A DNA stretch of 42,242 bases from Magnetococcales bacterium HA3dbin3 (GTDB lineage Bacteria > Pseudomonadota > Magnetococcia > Magnetococcales > DC0425bin3), in assembly GCA_002753495.1 (NCBI GenBank), contig PEAJ01000002.1, positions 1 to 42,242 of the forward strand, in the 5' to 3' direction. The position numbers and the translations under genes are program-made. Below the pieces are notes generated by a model. That model saw nothing but the letters and a program-made list of their open reading frames with translations, had not been told where the DNA came from and made no database searches. This document shows, in pieces, positions 26,170 through 35,759 of the stretch. Position 1 is the stretch's first letter; each line of letters starts with the position of its first letter.

Positions 26170-27693
26170 ATGTCAGCAGCCACGCCTGAACCGGTCTCCC
26201 CGCCTTCCTCTTCGTTGCAGGCGGTTGCCACCGTCCTCTCCTTCGCCTTTTGCAAGCGTGCCGGGGTGCTGTTGGTCGAACAAGGGACGAGCAGCGTGCG
26301 GCTGCTTTGTCGTCCGGATGTTGCCGCGGCCACCCTCGCCGAGTTGCGGCGTCATTTCCGCCGCCCGCTGCAACTTGACATGACCACGCCGGAGATGTTT
26401 GAACAGCGCCTGCGGCTGGAGTACGAGGAGGGGTCGGCCCGGACCATCCAGGACATGGAGGAGATGGACGGTGCCCTGGATCTCGGAGAGGTGGCGCAGC
26501 AGTTGGCTGAACCCAAGGATTTGGCCGAGAGCGCCGACGATGCCCCGATCATTCGCCTGATCAACGCCCTGCTCACCGAGGCGGTCAAGCGCAACGCCTC
26601 GGATATTCATTTGGAGCCCTACGAAGATCTCCTGGTCGTGCGTTTTCGCATCGACGGCGTGCTGCGCAAGGTGCTGGAGCCGAAACGCGCGGTGGCGCCC
26701 CTCCTCACCTCGCGCGTGAAGGTGATGGCGCGGCTGGATATTGCCGAGAAACGCCTGCCCCAGGATGGCCGCATCTCCCTGCGCATCGCCGGCCGGGCGG
26801 TCGATGTGCGCGTGTCGACCATCCCCACCGGCCATGGCGAACGCGTCGTTCTGCGCCTGCTGGACAAGAAGGCCGGCATCCTCAGCCTGGAAGAGCTGGG
26901 CATGGTGCCGCTCGCGGTTGAAACCGTCGACAAGGTTTTGACCAAGCCCAACGGCATCATTCTGGTCACTGGACCGACCGGCTCCGGCAAAACTACCTCC
27001 CTCTACGCCATGTTGCAGCGCCTTAACGACCAAAGCCGCAACATCATGACCGTCGAGGATCCGATCGAATACAATCTGGAAGGGATCAGCCAGACGCATG
27101 TCAACACCAAGGTCGACCTCACCTTTGCCCGGGGGTTGCGTGCGATTCTGCGTCAGGACCCGGACGTGGTCATGGTCGGCGAGATTCGTGACCTGGAGAC
27201 GGCGCGCATCGCCGTGCAGGCCAGTTTGACCGGGCATCTGGTCCTGTCGACCCTGCACACCAACAGCGCCATCGGTGCCATCACCCGCCTGCGCGACATG
27301 GGGGTGGAGTCCTACCTGCTTTCATCCAGCCTGCTTGCGGTTCTTGCCCAGCGTCTGGTGCGTCTGCTTTGCCCGAATTGCAAGCAACCCCGTGCCATCA
27401 CCGCCGACGAGCGCGAGGCCTTAGGCGTCGGCCCCCGGGAGAAGGTCACCCTGTTTGGACCGGGTGAGTGTACCGAGTGTGGTCGTACCGGCTACCAGGG
27501 ACGCACCGGCATCTACGAGCTGATCGTGCTGGATACCGCGTTGCGCGGTCGCGTTCACGAACTGGCTGGGGAGATTGAACTGACCGAACTTGCCCGCAGC
27601 GTCTCTGGCAGTCTGCGCGCCGACGGTTTGCGACTGGTCAAGGCGGGATTGACCTCGCTCGACGAGGTTATTCGCGTATCGCGAGAGGAGTAG
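26170..27693 (+). CDS. gspE: Type II secretion system ATPase GspE
   Basis: Walker A GPTGSGKTT, Asp/His boxes, and tetracysteine CPNC...CTEC. The ORF-track TTG at 26155 overlaps the gspD stop; ATG 26170 is the more conservative start. Confidence 0.93.
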   Translation: MSAATPEPVSPPSSSLQAVATVLSFAFCKRAGVLLVEQGTSSVRLLCRPDVAAATLAELRRHFRRPLQLDMTTPEMFEQRLRLEYEEGSARTIQDMEEMDGALDLGEVAQQLAEPKDLAESADDAPIIRLINALLTEAVKRNASDIHLEPYEDLLVVRFRIDGVLRKVLEPKRAVAPLLTSRVKVMARLDIAEKRLPQDGRISLRIAGRAVDVRVSTIPTGHGERVVLRLLDKKAGILSLEELGMVPLAVETVDKVLTKPNGIILVTGPTGSGKTTSLYAMLQRLNDQSRNIMTVEDPIEYNLEGISQTHVNTKVDLTFARGLRAILRQDPDVVMVGEIRDLETARIAVQASLTGHLVLSTLHTNSAIGAITRLRDMGVESYLLSSSLLAVLAQRLVRLLCPNCKQPRAITADEREALGVGPREKVTLFGPGECTECGRTGYQGRTGIYELIVLDTALRGRVHELAGEIELTELARSVSGSLRADGLRLVKAGLTSLDEVIRVSREE

Positions 27694-27696
27694 GCA

Positions 27697-28899
27697 TTGC
27701 CGGCTTTTGAGTATACCGCCCTCGATGCCAAGGGGCAGACACAGCGTGGCACCCTGGAGGCGGATTCCCCGGGTCAGGCACGGCAACGCTTGCGGGATCT
27801 GGCCCTCATTCCTCTGACGCTGGAGGAGGTACGGCAATCCGCGCGTTTGGGTGGACGAAGGGGTGGCATTCGTCGTGCCGACCTGGTTCTGGCGACACGT
27901 CAGCTGGCGACCCTGACCGGCTCCGGTTTGCCGGTGGAGGAGGCACTGGCTACCGTCTCCCGCCAGACCGACAACCGACGCCTAAGCAACGTTCTCCTGG
28001 CGGTTCGTGGCAAGGTTCTCGAAGGACACGCATTGGCAACCGGATTGGCGGAGTTTCCGCAGCTTTTCTCCGAGATGTTTCGCGAGACGGTCGGGGCGGG
28101 TGAACAGACCGGACATCTGGAACAGGTCCTGGAGCGACTGGCAATTTTTCAGGAGAACAGCCATAAGCTTCGGCAAAAGGTACTTCTGGCGATGATCTAT
28201 CCGGCCATCGTCATGGTTTTTGCCCTGCTCGTGACCTCGGCCCTGCTCACCTACGTCGTGCCGCAGGTGGTGCAGGTGTTCACCGATTTCAAACAGGAGC
28301 TGCCGGTACTGACCCGCCTCATGATCCACCTGAGCGACTTTTTGCGCGAGCACGGCTTTGTCATCCTCGGCTTGCTGATGTTGGCGGTGATCGGCTGGCG
28401 TCTGCTGCTGGCGCGCGAGCCGGTCAGACGGCTTTGGCACCAGCTGCTCCTGAAATTGCCGCTGACGGCGCGTCTGGTGCGCGGGGTCAATACCGCGCAG
28501 TTTACGCGCACCTTTGGCATTCTCGTCGGCAGTGGCGTACCGGTTTTGGAGGGGTTGCGCATTGCCAGTCGGGTGATCGACAATCGGCCCATGCGCAGCG
28601 CCTTGCAGGATGCGGCGCGACAGGTGCGGGAGGGCGGGGCCCTGCATCGGGCGCTGGGTGAGAGTCGGGTCTTTTCGCCGCTCGTCGTCCACCTGATCGC
28701 CAGCGGCGAGGCGAGCGGCAACCTCGCCGGCATGCTCAACCGGGCGGCGGATGCCCAGGAGCAGGAGGTGGAGACCCTGGTGGCGGTTCTCGCCGGCGTC
28801 CTCGAACCCCTGCTCATCCTGCTCATGGGCGGGGTCGTGGTGACCATCGTCATCGCGATTCTTCTGCCCATTTTTGATCTGAACCAGCTTATCCACTGA
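27697..28899 (+). CDS. gspF: Type II secretion system inner-membrane platform protein GspF
   Basis: Canonical N-terminus (M)PAFEYTALDAKGQTQRGTLEADSPGQARQRLR read from a TTG start. Duplicated T2SF domains. 400 aa. Confidence 0.92.
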   Translation: MPAFEYTALDAKGQTQRGTLEADSPGQARQRLRDLALIPLTLEEVRQSARLGGRRGGIRRADLVLATRQLATLTGSGLPVEEALATVSRQTDNRRLSNVLLAVRGKVLEGHALATGLAEFPQLFSEMFRETVGAGEQTGHLEQVLERLAIFQENSHKLRQKVLLAMIYPAIVMVFALLVTSALLTYVVPQVVQVFTDFKQELPVLTRLMIHLSDFLREHGFVILGLLMLAVIGWRLLLAREPVRRLWHQLLLKLPLTARLVRGVNTAQFTRTFGILVGSGVPVLEGLRIASRVIDNRPMRSALQDAARQVREGGALHRALGESRVFSPLVVHLIASGEASGNLAGMLNRAADAQEQEVETLVAVLAGVLEPLLILLMGGVVVTIVIAILLPIFDLNQLIH

Positions 28900-28989
28900 T
28901 CGGCGGCCTGGGCTGGAAGGGATGACAACGGCGCTTGGGGATCATTCCGCCCCTGCTGCTGGCGTGCCGCTGTCGCGGGAGAGAGGGTC

Positions 28990-29667
28990 ATGTTGGAATC
29001 GGCGGACCTTGCCGCCATCGGGCTGACGTTCAAGCTGGCCATCACCACGACGATGATTTTGCTGATGCTCGGCACACCGATCGCCTGGTGGCTGGCGCGA
29101 ACGCGTTCGGCGTGGAAGGGGGTGATCGGGACGGTGGTGGCGTTGCCGATCGTCCTGCCGCCAACGGTGCTTGGGTTTTATCTGCTGCTACTCATGGGAC
29201 CGCAAGGGGCAGTCGGGCGCCTGACGACCGCCCTTGGGTTGGGGGTGTTGCCTTTCACCTTTTCGGGATTGGTGGTCGCCTCGGTCTTCTACTCCCTCCC
29301 CTTTGTTGTGCAGCCGATCCAGAACGCCTTCGAGGCGATCGGCGATCGTCCCCTGGAGGCGGCGGCAACCCTGCGTGCCTCGCCGATCGATGCCTTTTTC
29401 AGCGTCGCCTTGCCGCTCGCGCGACCGGGCTACCTGACGGCGCTGGTGCTCGGCTTTACCCATACGGTCGGCGAATTTGGTGTCGTGCTGATGATCGGCG
29501 GCAACATTCCGGACCGGACGCGCGTCGTCTCCGTGCAAATTTACGATCATGTCGAGGCACTGGAGTACGGTCAGGCGCATGGATTGGCCTTGGGGATGGT
29601 CGTTTTCTCCTTTCTGGCGTTGTTGATTCTCTACACCCTCAATCCGACTGGAAGGCGGCAGCGATGA
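28990..29667 (+). CDS. modB: Molybdate ABC transporter permease ModB
   Basis: 225 aa with 5-6 TM helices. EAA-loop region [25 protein letters not shown], plus [17 protein letters not shown], which is typical of ModB. Confidence 0.9.
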   Translation: MLESADLAAIGLTFKLAITTTMILLMLGTPIAWWLARTRSAWKGVIGTVVALPIVLPPTVLGFYLLLLMGPQGAVGRLTTALGLGVLPFTFSGLVVASVFYSLPFVVQPIQNAFEAIGDRPLEAAATLRASPIDAFFSVALPLARPGYLTALVLGFTHTVGEFGVVLMIGGNIPDRTRVVSVQIYDHVEALEYGQAHGLALGMVVFSFLALLILYTLNPTGRRQR

Positions 29668-30755
29668 CCGACCCTTTCCCGGGTCTTCAGCTCTCCGCGC
29701 GTCTGTCGCGCCCCGATTTTACGCTGGCTATCGATCTGGAGTTGCCCGGTCGCGGGGTGATGGCCCTGTTTGGTCCTTCCGGTTCCGGCAAGACCACCTT
29801 GTTGCGGATCGTCGCCGGGCTCGAACGCCCGACCCGCGGTCATTTGCACGTCAACGGGGAGCTCTGGCAGGAGAGCGACAAGGGATTTTTTCTGCCGCCG
29901 CACCGGCGGTCGGTCGGCTATGTCTTTCAGGATGCCGCCCTCTTTTCGCACCTGGACGTGCGCGGCAACCTGACCTACGGCTTGCGGCGGGTGCCGGCGG
30001 GTGGCGGACAGGTGGTGCTCGATCAGGTCGTGGCGCTGCTTGGCATCGAGCCTTTGCTGTCGCGTCGACCGGATACCTTGTCGGGTGGCGAGCGCCAACG
30101 CGTGGCGATCGCCCGGGCGTTGGCGGTGACCCCGGCCCTTCTCCTGCTCGATGAACCCCTGGCCGCCCTGGATCTTGCCCGCAAACGGGAGATTCTCCCC
30201 TATCTGGAGCGCCTGCATAACGAACTGAAGATCCCCGTCCTGTATGTCAGTCACGCCTCCGACGAGGTGGCGCGGCTGGCCGACCACTTGGTGGTGATGG
30301 ATGCGGGGAGCGTGGTGGCGAGCGGTTCGATACACGAGATCCTGGCGCGTGTTGATCCACCAATCCGGCTGGGAGAGGAGAGTGGCGTGGTGCTTGATGC
30401 CGTCATTGGCGCGCGTGATGATCCGTGGCATCTATCGCGCGCCGATTTTGTTGGTGGCAGCCTGTGGATGCGCGATCATGGCCTGCCTGTTGGTCGCCAG
30501 GTGCGCGTGCGTATTTTGGCGCGTGATGTCAGCCTCGCCCTGGAACACCATCCGGGTACGAGCATCCAGAATATCCTTCCTGGTCAGGTCGTTGCCGTTG
30601 CTCCTGACACCCATCCGGCGCAGGTTTTGGTGCGGGTTCAGGTTGGGGCGTCCCCGCTGCTGGCACGGATCACGCGACGCGCAGTTGCCAACCTGGAACT
30701 CGTTCCTGGCAAGCCAATCTGGGTACAGGTCAAGTCGGTGGCGCTCATTGAGTAG
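29664..30755 (+). CDS. modC: Molybdate ABC transporter ATP-binding protein ModC with C-terminal TOBE/Mop domain
   Basis: The ATG at 29664 overlaps the modB stop (ATGA). Walker [10 protein letters not shown], signature [15 protein letters not shown], and a C-terminal TOBE-like block ([11 protein letters not shown]...VRVQVG...LLARIT). The 606-aa ORF-track extension upstream overlaps modB in another frame and is spurious. Confidence 0.9.
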   Translation: MTDPFPGLQLSARLSRPDFTLAIDLELPGRGVMALFGPSGSGKTTLLRIVAGLERPTRGHLHVNGELWQESDKGFFLPPHRRSVGYVFQDAALFSHLDVRGNLTYGLRRVPAGGGQVVLDQVVALLGIEPLLSRRPDTLSGGERQRVAIARALAVTPALLLLDEPLAALDLARKREILPYLERLHNELKIPVLYVSHASDEVARLADHLVVMDAGSVVASGSIHEILARVDPPIRLGEESGVVLDAVIGARDDPWHLSRADFVGGSLWMRDHGLPVGRQVRVRILARDVSLALEHHPGTSIQNILPGQVVAVAPDTHPAQVLVRVQVGASPLLARITRRAVANLELVPGKPIWVQVKSVALIE

Positions 30756-30809
30756 CCCTTTCCCCCTTGGGGTTGTACGCCCTTTCTGGTCTTTGGGTGG
30801 GGAGAGCCC

Positions 30810-30838
30810 TTGACCTGCTGCCTCAATTGATTGAGATT
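30810..30838 (+). promoter_or_regulatory. Candidate internal promoter ahead of gspG (TTGACC-N17-GAGATT)
   Basis: Lies in the 119-bp modC-gspG spacer, with a CAATTG palindrome between the elements. This is a weak consensus match only. Confidence 0.3.
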
Positions 30839-30880
30839 CAGGGGAAATTTTAGGTCGGTTTCACGAGAGCAGAGGTGAAC

Positions 30881-31327
30881 ATGACGTTGCGACGGAAGAG
30901 TCGTTTGGGTGGTTTTACCCTGATTGAGATCATGGTGGTGCTGGTGATTCTTGCGGTGCTTGCGACCCTGGTGGTGCCGCGCATCATGGATCGTCCGGAT
31001 CAGGCGCGCATGGTCAAGGCCAAGCAGGAGATTCGCATCCTGGAGAACGCCTTGAACCTCTACAAGCTGGATAACTATGTCTACCCCTCCACCGAACAGG
31101 GATTGGAGGCGCTGGTCAAGAAGCCGACCGGTCAGCCCGATGCCCCCAATTGGAAAGAGGGCGGCTACATTGCCCGTGTCCCCCTCGACCCCTGGAAACG
31201 GCCCTACATGTACGTTCAACCCGGTACCCATAACGGTCCCTTCGACCTCTTTACCTACGGCGCCGACGGTCGTGAAGGTGGCACCGGGGTCAACGCCGAC
31301 ATCGGCAACTGGAACCTCGACGATTGA
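30881..31327 (+). CDS. gspG: Major pseudopilin GspG
   Basis: Prepilin leader and cleavage motif GGFTLIEIMVVLVILAVLA, followed by the highly conserved GspG body (KAKQEIRILENALNLYKLDNYVYPSTEQGLEALV). ATG 30881 follows AGAGG; the ORF track starts at GTG 30875. Confidence 0.95.
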   Translation: MTLRRKSRLGGFTLIEIMVVLVILAVLATLVVPRIMDRPDQARMVKAKQEIRILENALNLYKLDNYVYPSTEQGLEALVKKPTGQPDAPNWKEGGYIARVPLDPWKRPYMYVQPGTHNGPFDLFTYGADGREGGTGVNADIGNWNLDD

Positions 31328-31344
31328 TTGGACCTCGGGCCAAC

Positions 31345-31902
31345 ATGCCTGCGGGATCTCCCCTTCCCTCCTTCCTGTCAAGCATCGGCGGTGGCGCCGC
31401 ACGCCGCGCGCGCGGGTTTACCCTGCTCGAATTGATGGTGGTGCTGGCCATCATCGCCGTGATGACCTCCCTGGTCCTGATGGTGCGTGGCGCCCCGAAT
31501 GCCAACAAAAGGGTTGAAGAGGAAGGGAAAAAACTCCGGGTTTTGATCTCCGCGCTGAGCGATGAGGCCGTGCTCACCGGGCGGGACATGGGGATGCAGT
31601 TCTTCCTGGGTGGTTATGCCTTCCTGGCTCTGGAGGATGACGGCAAGTGGCGGTACATGAGCGAATCTCCCTTTGGCAAACGGCATTTTCCAGCCCGGTT
31701 CCGGGTCCGGGTCACCCTGGAGGATCGACTGGTGGAGTTGCCGAACGAGGCGGATCGCGAGCCCAAGCCGCAGCTGGTGTTCGGGACGACCGGCGAAACC
31801 GTCCCCTTCAAGATTGACATTGAAGGCGTGAATGGGTATCGGATGGTTTTATCGGGCAACGGCCGGGGAGGGATGCAGTTGCAGCGTCCCGATAAATCCT
31901 GA
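31345..31902 (+). CDS. gspH: Minor pseudopilin GspH
   Basis: Prepilin motif RGFTLLELMVVLAIIAVM. Position after gspG. The ORF-track TTG at 31324 overlaps the gspG stop; ATG 31345 is preferred. Confidence 0.85.
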   Translation: MPAGSPLPSFLSSIGGGAARRARGFTLLELMVVLAIIAVMTSLVLMVRGAPNANKRVEEEGKKLRVLISALSDEAVLTGRDMGMQFFLGGYAFLALEDDGKWRYMSESPFGKRHFPARFRVRVTLEDRLVELPNEADREPKPQLVFGTTGETVPFKIDIEGVNGYRMVLSGNGRGGMQLQRPDKS

Positions 31903-32366
31903 TGATGTGCTTATTAAAATCATTGTCTTACGTGTTTTTCCGAAGGCTGAAGGCGGGGTGTTCGTTCGGTTCGCCCGCCGGTAGTTCGGCGCCTGGCGCG
32001 GGAGGATTTTCCTTGCTTGAGGTGCTCGTGGCCCTGTCGGTCCTCGCCATCGCGCTCGGTGTCATGGTTGCCGCCGGAGGGCGCCAGGCGGAGAATGCTG
32101 CCTACCTGCGCGATCGCGTCCTGGCACACTGGGTGGCGATGAACGTGGCCACCACCCAACAGGCGATGAAAAATTGGCCGGAGACCGGAACCATCGAAGG
32201 GCGTGAACAGATGGCCGAGCGGGAGTGGTCGTGGAGCATGGTCGTCTCGCAGACGCCGGAGGCAACCATCCGCCGCCTGGTCATCTCCGTGCGACTGGGC
32301 AAGGAGAAAAAGGAGGCCACCCCCCTTGCCCGTCTGGAGAGCTACCTTGGCCAGCCCCGACCTTAG
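31902..32366 (+). CDS. gspI: Minor pseudopilin GspI
   Basis: Prepilin motif GGFSLLEVLVALSVLAIALG. The ATG overlaps the gspH stop. The leader is unusually long (about 40 aa) if 31902 is the true start; GTG 31932 is an alternative. Confidence 0.8.
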   Translation: MMCLLKSLSYVFFRRLKAGCSFGSPAGSSAPGAGGFSLLEVLVALSVLAIALGVMVAAGGRQAENAAYLRDRVLAHWVAMNVATTQQAMKNWPETGTIEGREQMAEREWSWSMVVSQTPEATIRRLVISVRLGKEKKEATPLARLESYLGQPRP

Positions 32367-32388
32367 GCAGGGATCCGGCGGGAGAGAG

Positions 32389-33036
32389 ATGGCCATGGGT
32401 CCTGCCCCGACGGCCGGTTTCACCCTGGTGGAACTTCTGGTGGCAATGGCGGTGCTGGCCATCATGCTCGTCACCGCCTTTGGCGGATTGAAGGCTTTGC
32501 TCACCACCCAGGAGGAGAGTTCCCGCCGCAATCGCGAGCTGAGCCAACTGCAATCCCTGGTTAACCAGCTGCGCACCGATCTCGAACAGGCAGTCGACCG
32601 GCCGGTCAAGGATGGAGAGGGTAACGACCAGTTGGCGATGATCGGTCAACCGGTGATGGAAGAGGCCCCTTCCCAGCTTGACAAGGAGGCCGCTGAACTT
32701 CCCTTTCTGGCTCTGACCCGTGGTGGACGTGCCAATCCCTTGCATGTCCATCGGGGTTCCCTGCAGCGGGTGGCTTATGCGGTCAAAAAAAAGCAGCTCG
32801 TGCGACTCTCCTGGGAGACGCTGGATCAGGCCCCGAACACCCAGCCGGTGCGGGAGATCATGCTGGAAAACGTTCGCACCGTCGACGTGCGTTACCTGGA
32901 TGGCGATCTTGCCTGGCACACCCGCTGGCCGGAAGGGGGACGATCATCGACCTCCTTCTTCCCGCGGGCAGTGGAGATCACGCTCGACGTGCGTGGTTGG
33001 GGACGCATCCGGCAGCTTGTCCGGGTCGCGGACTAG
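32389..33036 (+). CDS. gspJ: Minor pseudopilin GspJ
   Basis: ATG at 32389 gives MAMGPAPTAGFTLVELLVAMAVLAIM. The ORF-track GTG at 32203 would overlap gspI. Confidence 0.85.
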   Translation: MAMGPAPTAGFTLVELLVAMAVLAIMLVTAFGGLKALLTTQEESSRRNRELSQLQSLVNQLRTDLEQAVDRPVKDGEGNDQLAMIGQPVMEEAPSQLDKEAAELPFLALTRGGRANPLHVHRGSLQRVAYAVKKKQLVRLSWETLDQAPNTQPVREIMLENVRTVDVRYLDGDLAWHTRWPEGGRSSTSFFPRAVEITLDVRGWGRIRQLVRVAD

Positions 33037-33045
33037 GGGGACACG

Positions 33046-33993
33046 GTGGGCGCCTTGGAAAATCAGCCAGATGCGTTTCGTGACCAACGCGGTGTCGCCC
33101 TGATTGTAGCCCTGCTGATCGTGGCCATTGCCACCACTGCCATCGTGACGATGACCAACGCCCAGCGCATCGATCTGCGCCGGACTGAAAACAGTTTCGC
33201 CCGGGATCAGGCCACCCTCTTTGCCTATGCCGGCGAAGCCTGGGCACGGAGAATTTTGGCCAGGGATCTGGAACAAAGTACCATCGATACCCTTGACGAA
33301 ACCTGGGCGCAAAAATTGTCCCCAATAGCCCTCGAACATGGTGAAATATCGGGCTACATTGAGGATATGTCCGGCCGGTTCAATCTCAACAACCTGGTGA
33401 GTGGCAGCAGCCAGAGCCTGTTGGACACCGGGCGCTTTCGCCGCTTGCTGCTGCTGCTGAACCTCAACCCGGATCTGCTCTACGCCGTCATCGACTGGAT
33501 CGATGATAACGGAACCGTCAGCGGCCCGGGTGGGGCGGAGGATCCGGAGTACCTGGCGATGGATCCCCCTTATCGTGCCGCGAATCGACCGATGGTGAGT
33601 CCAAGCGAGCTTATGATGATCAAGGGGTTTGATTTTGCAACCTATCAGAAGTTGGCACCTTTTGTGACTGTCTTGCCCACCTACACCGATATCAACGTCA
33701 ACACCGCCTCCCCAGCCATTTTGCACATTCTGGCCGAGGACATGAAGGATGGCGATGTCGAACGTATCGTCCAGCGTCGCAAGGAGAAACCCTTCCGGGA
33801 TGCGGGCGAGTTCGTGAACGACCCGAATCTCCTCCATTACGTTATTCCGACACGCGGCATCAGTGTTATGAGCACCTATTTTCTGGTGACAATCCATGCA
33901 CGAATCGGACATAGTCGCGCGCATCTGTTCAGCCTGTTGCGGCGCGGTAGTGACGGGGTACGCGTCATGATGCGTGGCCAGGGGGCATGGTGA
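33046..33993 (+). CDS. gspK: Minor pseudopilin GspK
   Basis: QRGVALIVALLIVAIATTAIV N-terminus without the processed Glu, plus DETWAQ and helix-hairpin-helix-like segments typical of GspK. 315 aa. Confidence 0.85.
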   Translation: MGALENQPDAFRDQRGVALIVALLIVAIATTAIVTMTNAQRIDLRRTENSFARDQATLFAYAGEAWARRILARDLEQSTIDTLDETWAQKLSPIALEHGEISGYIEDMSGRFNLNNLVSGSSQSLLDTGRFRRLLLLLNLNPDLLYAVIDWIDDNGTVSGPGGAEDPEYLAMDPPYRAANRPMVSPSELMMIKGFDFATYQKLAPFVTVLPTYTDINVNTASPAILHILAEDMKDGDVERIVQRRKEKPFRDAGEFVNDPNLLHYVIPTRGISVMSTYFLVTIHARIGHSRAHLFSLLRRGSDGVRVMMRGQGAW

Positions 33994-34027
33994 CGGGACG
34001 AGTTTTTTGAATCGGAGCATCGCAAGC

Positions 34028-35233
34028 ATGGGAAGCAGCGCCTACATTCACCTTTCCGCCCAGACCGGGGAGAACCTGGCCTGGGTCGGACTCGAAGGAC
34101 GGAGCAGAACCGATGGCGCGCGGCACGTCGCCGCGGCTGTGGCCCGGTTGCGCGTGGTGGCGGTTGTTCCCGGGGTGGATGTTTTGGTCCAGACCCTGCC
34201 GATGCCCAAGGCCAGTTGGCGCAATCTCCTCCGGGCGCTCCCCTTCCTGCTTGAGGAGAAGGTGGCCTCTCCGCTGGAGAATCTGCACTTTTCCCTTGGC
34301 CCCCCGCTGGAGGGTGGTCAGCGTCCGGTCGCCGTGATCGAGGCTGGACTCATGGAGCAGTGGCTGGCCGTCCTTGATGAAGCGGGTATTCGCCCCGATG
34401 CGATGGTCAGCGAGACGCTCCTGCTGCCGTGGGAAGCGCGCACCTGGACCCTGCTGCAAACGCCGGAACGGGCCCTGCTCCGAACCGGGAGCCATACCGG
34501 ACTGGCGATGGATTCGCACAACGTTCCCTTCATGCTCGGGCGTGCCCTGGCCGACACCGATCTGACGACACGCCCCGACAAGCTGGTGGTGTTCAACTAT
34601 CTGCCTGAGCCATTGGCGTTGCCGCTTCCGGACGGTGCGGGGGTGATCGTCGAGGAGAGCCGTCCTGATGTTGATCCCCTGGCCTTCCTGGCCCGAAATG
34701 CGCTCGAAACCGGTGGTTTGAACCTCCTGCAAGGCCGGTTTGGCGCGCAGGGCCGCTGGGAGGGGCTCCTGCGACCACTCCGCTTGACCGCCCTGCTCCT
34801 GCTCCTTTGGCTGTTCGTCAAACTGGGGGTGCTTTTTGTTGCCAGCCAGCGCATGGAAACACAGGTTGCGGCGCTGGATGGACGCATGCAAGATATTTTT
34901 TCACAGTCGTTTCCCGGTTCCCGGCCGGTCAGGCCCGAGGCACAAATGCGGGAGAAGGTGAAACGCTTGCAGCAGGAAGCCGGCGGCGGGCAGGAGTTTC
35001 TTGACCTCTTGATCCAGACTGGTCCACCGGTGCTCGCCGCCCCGGGGACTGTCGTCGAACGCATCCACTACCAGGAGGGCCTCCTTGACCTCTATCTGCA
35101 CGTCCGCGACCTTGAATCGCTCAATAAGCTCAAACAAACCATCGAAGCGGCCGGCAGAATGACCGTCACCATTCGGTCGGCGGTCAAGCAGGGTTCCTCA
35201 GTCGATAGTCATTTACAGATCAAGGGGATGTGA
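34028..35233 (+). CDS. gspL: Type II secretion system protein GspL
   Basis: Position and pattern VVPGVDVLVQTLPMP...LLRALPFLLEEKVASPLENLHF. Single TM LTALLLLLWLFVKLGVLFV. Start taken at ATG 34028; the ORF-track 33974 overlaps gspK. Confidence 0.8.
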   Translation: MGSSAYIHLSAQTGENLAWVGLEGRSRTDGARHVAAAVARLRVVAVVPGVDVLVQTLPMPKASWRNLLRALPFLLEEKVASPLENLHFSLGPPLEGGQRPVAVIEAGLMEQWLAVLDEAGIRPDAMVSETLLLPWEARTWTLLQTPERALLRTGSHTGLAMDSHNVPFMLGRALADTDLTTRPDKLVVFNYLPEPLALPLPDGAGVIVEESRPDVDPLAFLARNALETGGLNLLQGRFGAQGRWEGLLRPLRLTALLLLLWLFVKLGVLFVASQRMETQVAALDGRMQDIFSQSFPGSRPVRPEAQMREKVKRLQQEAGGGQEFLDLLIQTGPPVLAAPGTVVERIHYQEGLLDLYLHVRDLESLNKLKQTIEAAGRMTVTIRSAVKQGSSVDSHLQIKGM

Positions 35234-35238
35234 TCTTC

Positions 35239-35757
35239 ATGCTGCGCAATCAATTGCGGGAGTTGCAGGCACGATGGTTGGCTGTGGGTGACCGCGAGAG
35301 AACCATGGTCATCGGCGGCGGTGCCGTTATGTCTTGTCTGCTTTTTTTTGCCCTGGTCTGGCTGCCGGTGCAGGAACGTTTTCAGGAGCTGAGTCAGACG
35401 GTAGAGAGCCGTTCGAGCAGCCTGCGCTGGATGGAGCAAGCCGCCCGGGAAGTGGCGCGCCTGAAGTCCCAGACCGGAATCAAAACACCCCTGGAGAAGG
35501 GGGAATCCCTGCTCTCCCTGGCGGATCGCAGCGTTCGTTCACACGGATTGGCCCCGGTGCTCAGACGGGTGGAACCCGAGGGACAGGACAAGGTACGTCT
35601 GTGGTTTGAGCAGGCAGCGTTTCAGTCCCTGCTTGTTTGGCTGGAGACCCTGCATGATCGTTACGGTGTCGAGGTCGTTAACGCCTCCATCGAAAAGGGA
35701 AGGGATCCTGGTCTTGTCAATACCCAGCTGGTTCTGATCATGCGGGCGGCCCAGTGA
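35239..35757 (+). CDS. gspM: Type II secretion system protein GspM
   Basis: About 172 aa with one N-terminal TM (MVIGGGAVMSCLLFFALVWLPV). Position between gspL and gspN, with start/stop overlaps on both sides. Confidence 0.8.
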   Translation: MLRNQLRELQARWLAVGDRERTMVIGGGAVMSCLLFFALVWLPVQERFQELSQTVESRSSSLRWMEQAAREVARLKSQTGIKTPLEKGESLLSLADRSVRSHGLAPVLRRVEPEGQDKVRLWFEQAAFQSLLVWLETLHDRYGVEVVNASIEKGRDPGLVNTQLVLIMRAAQ

Positions 35758-35759
35758 CA

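Noticed and set aside
28935-30755. The 606-aa ORF, which would make one large protein spanning modB and modC.
   Set aside because: Its first approximately 240 codons overlap modB in another frame and are low-complexity Gly/Arg-rich. ModC homology begins at the internal ATG 29664, which forms an ATGA overlap with the modB stop.
28934-30821. Short shared motifs flanking modBC: CTTGGGG at 28934 and 30766, and CCTGCTGC at 28952 and 30814. These could be insertion scars or direct repeats.
   Set aside because: 7-8-mers recurring within about 100-bp GC-rich spacers are expected by chance, and their spacing differs on the two sides.
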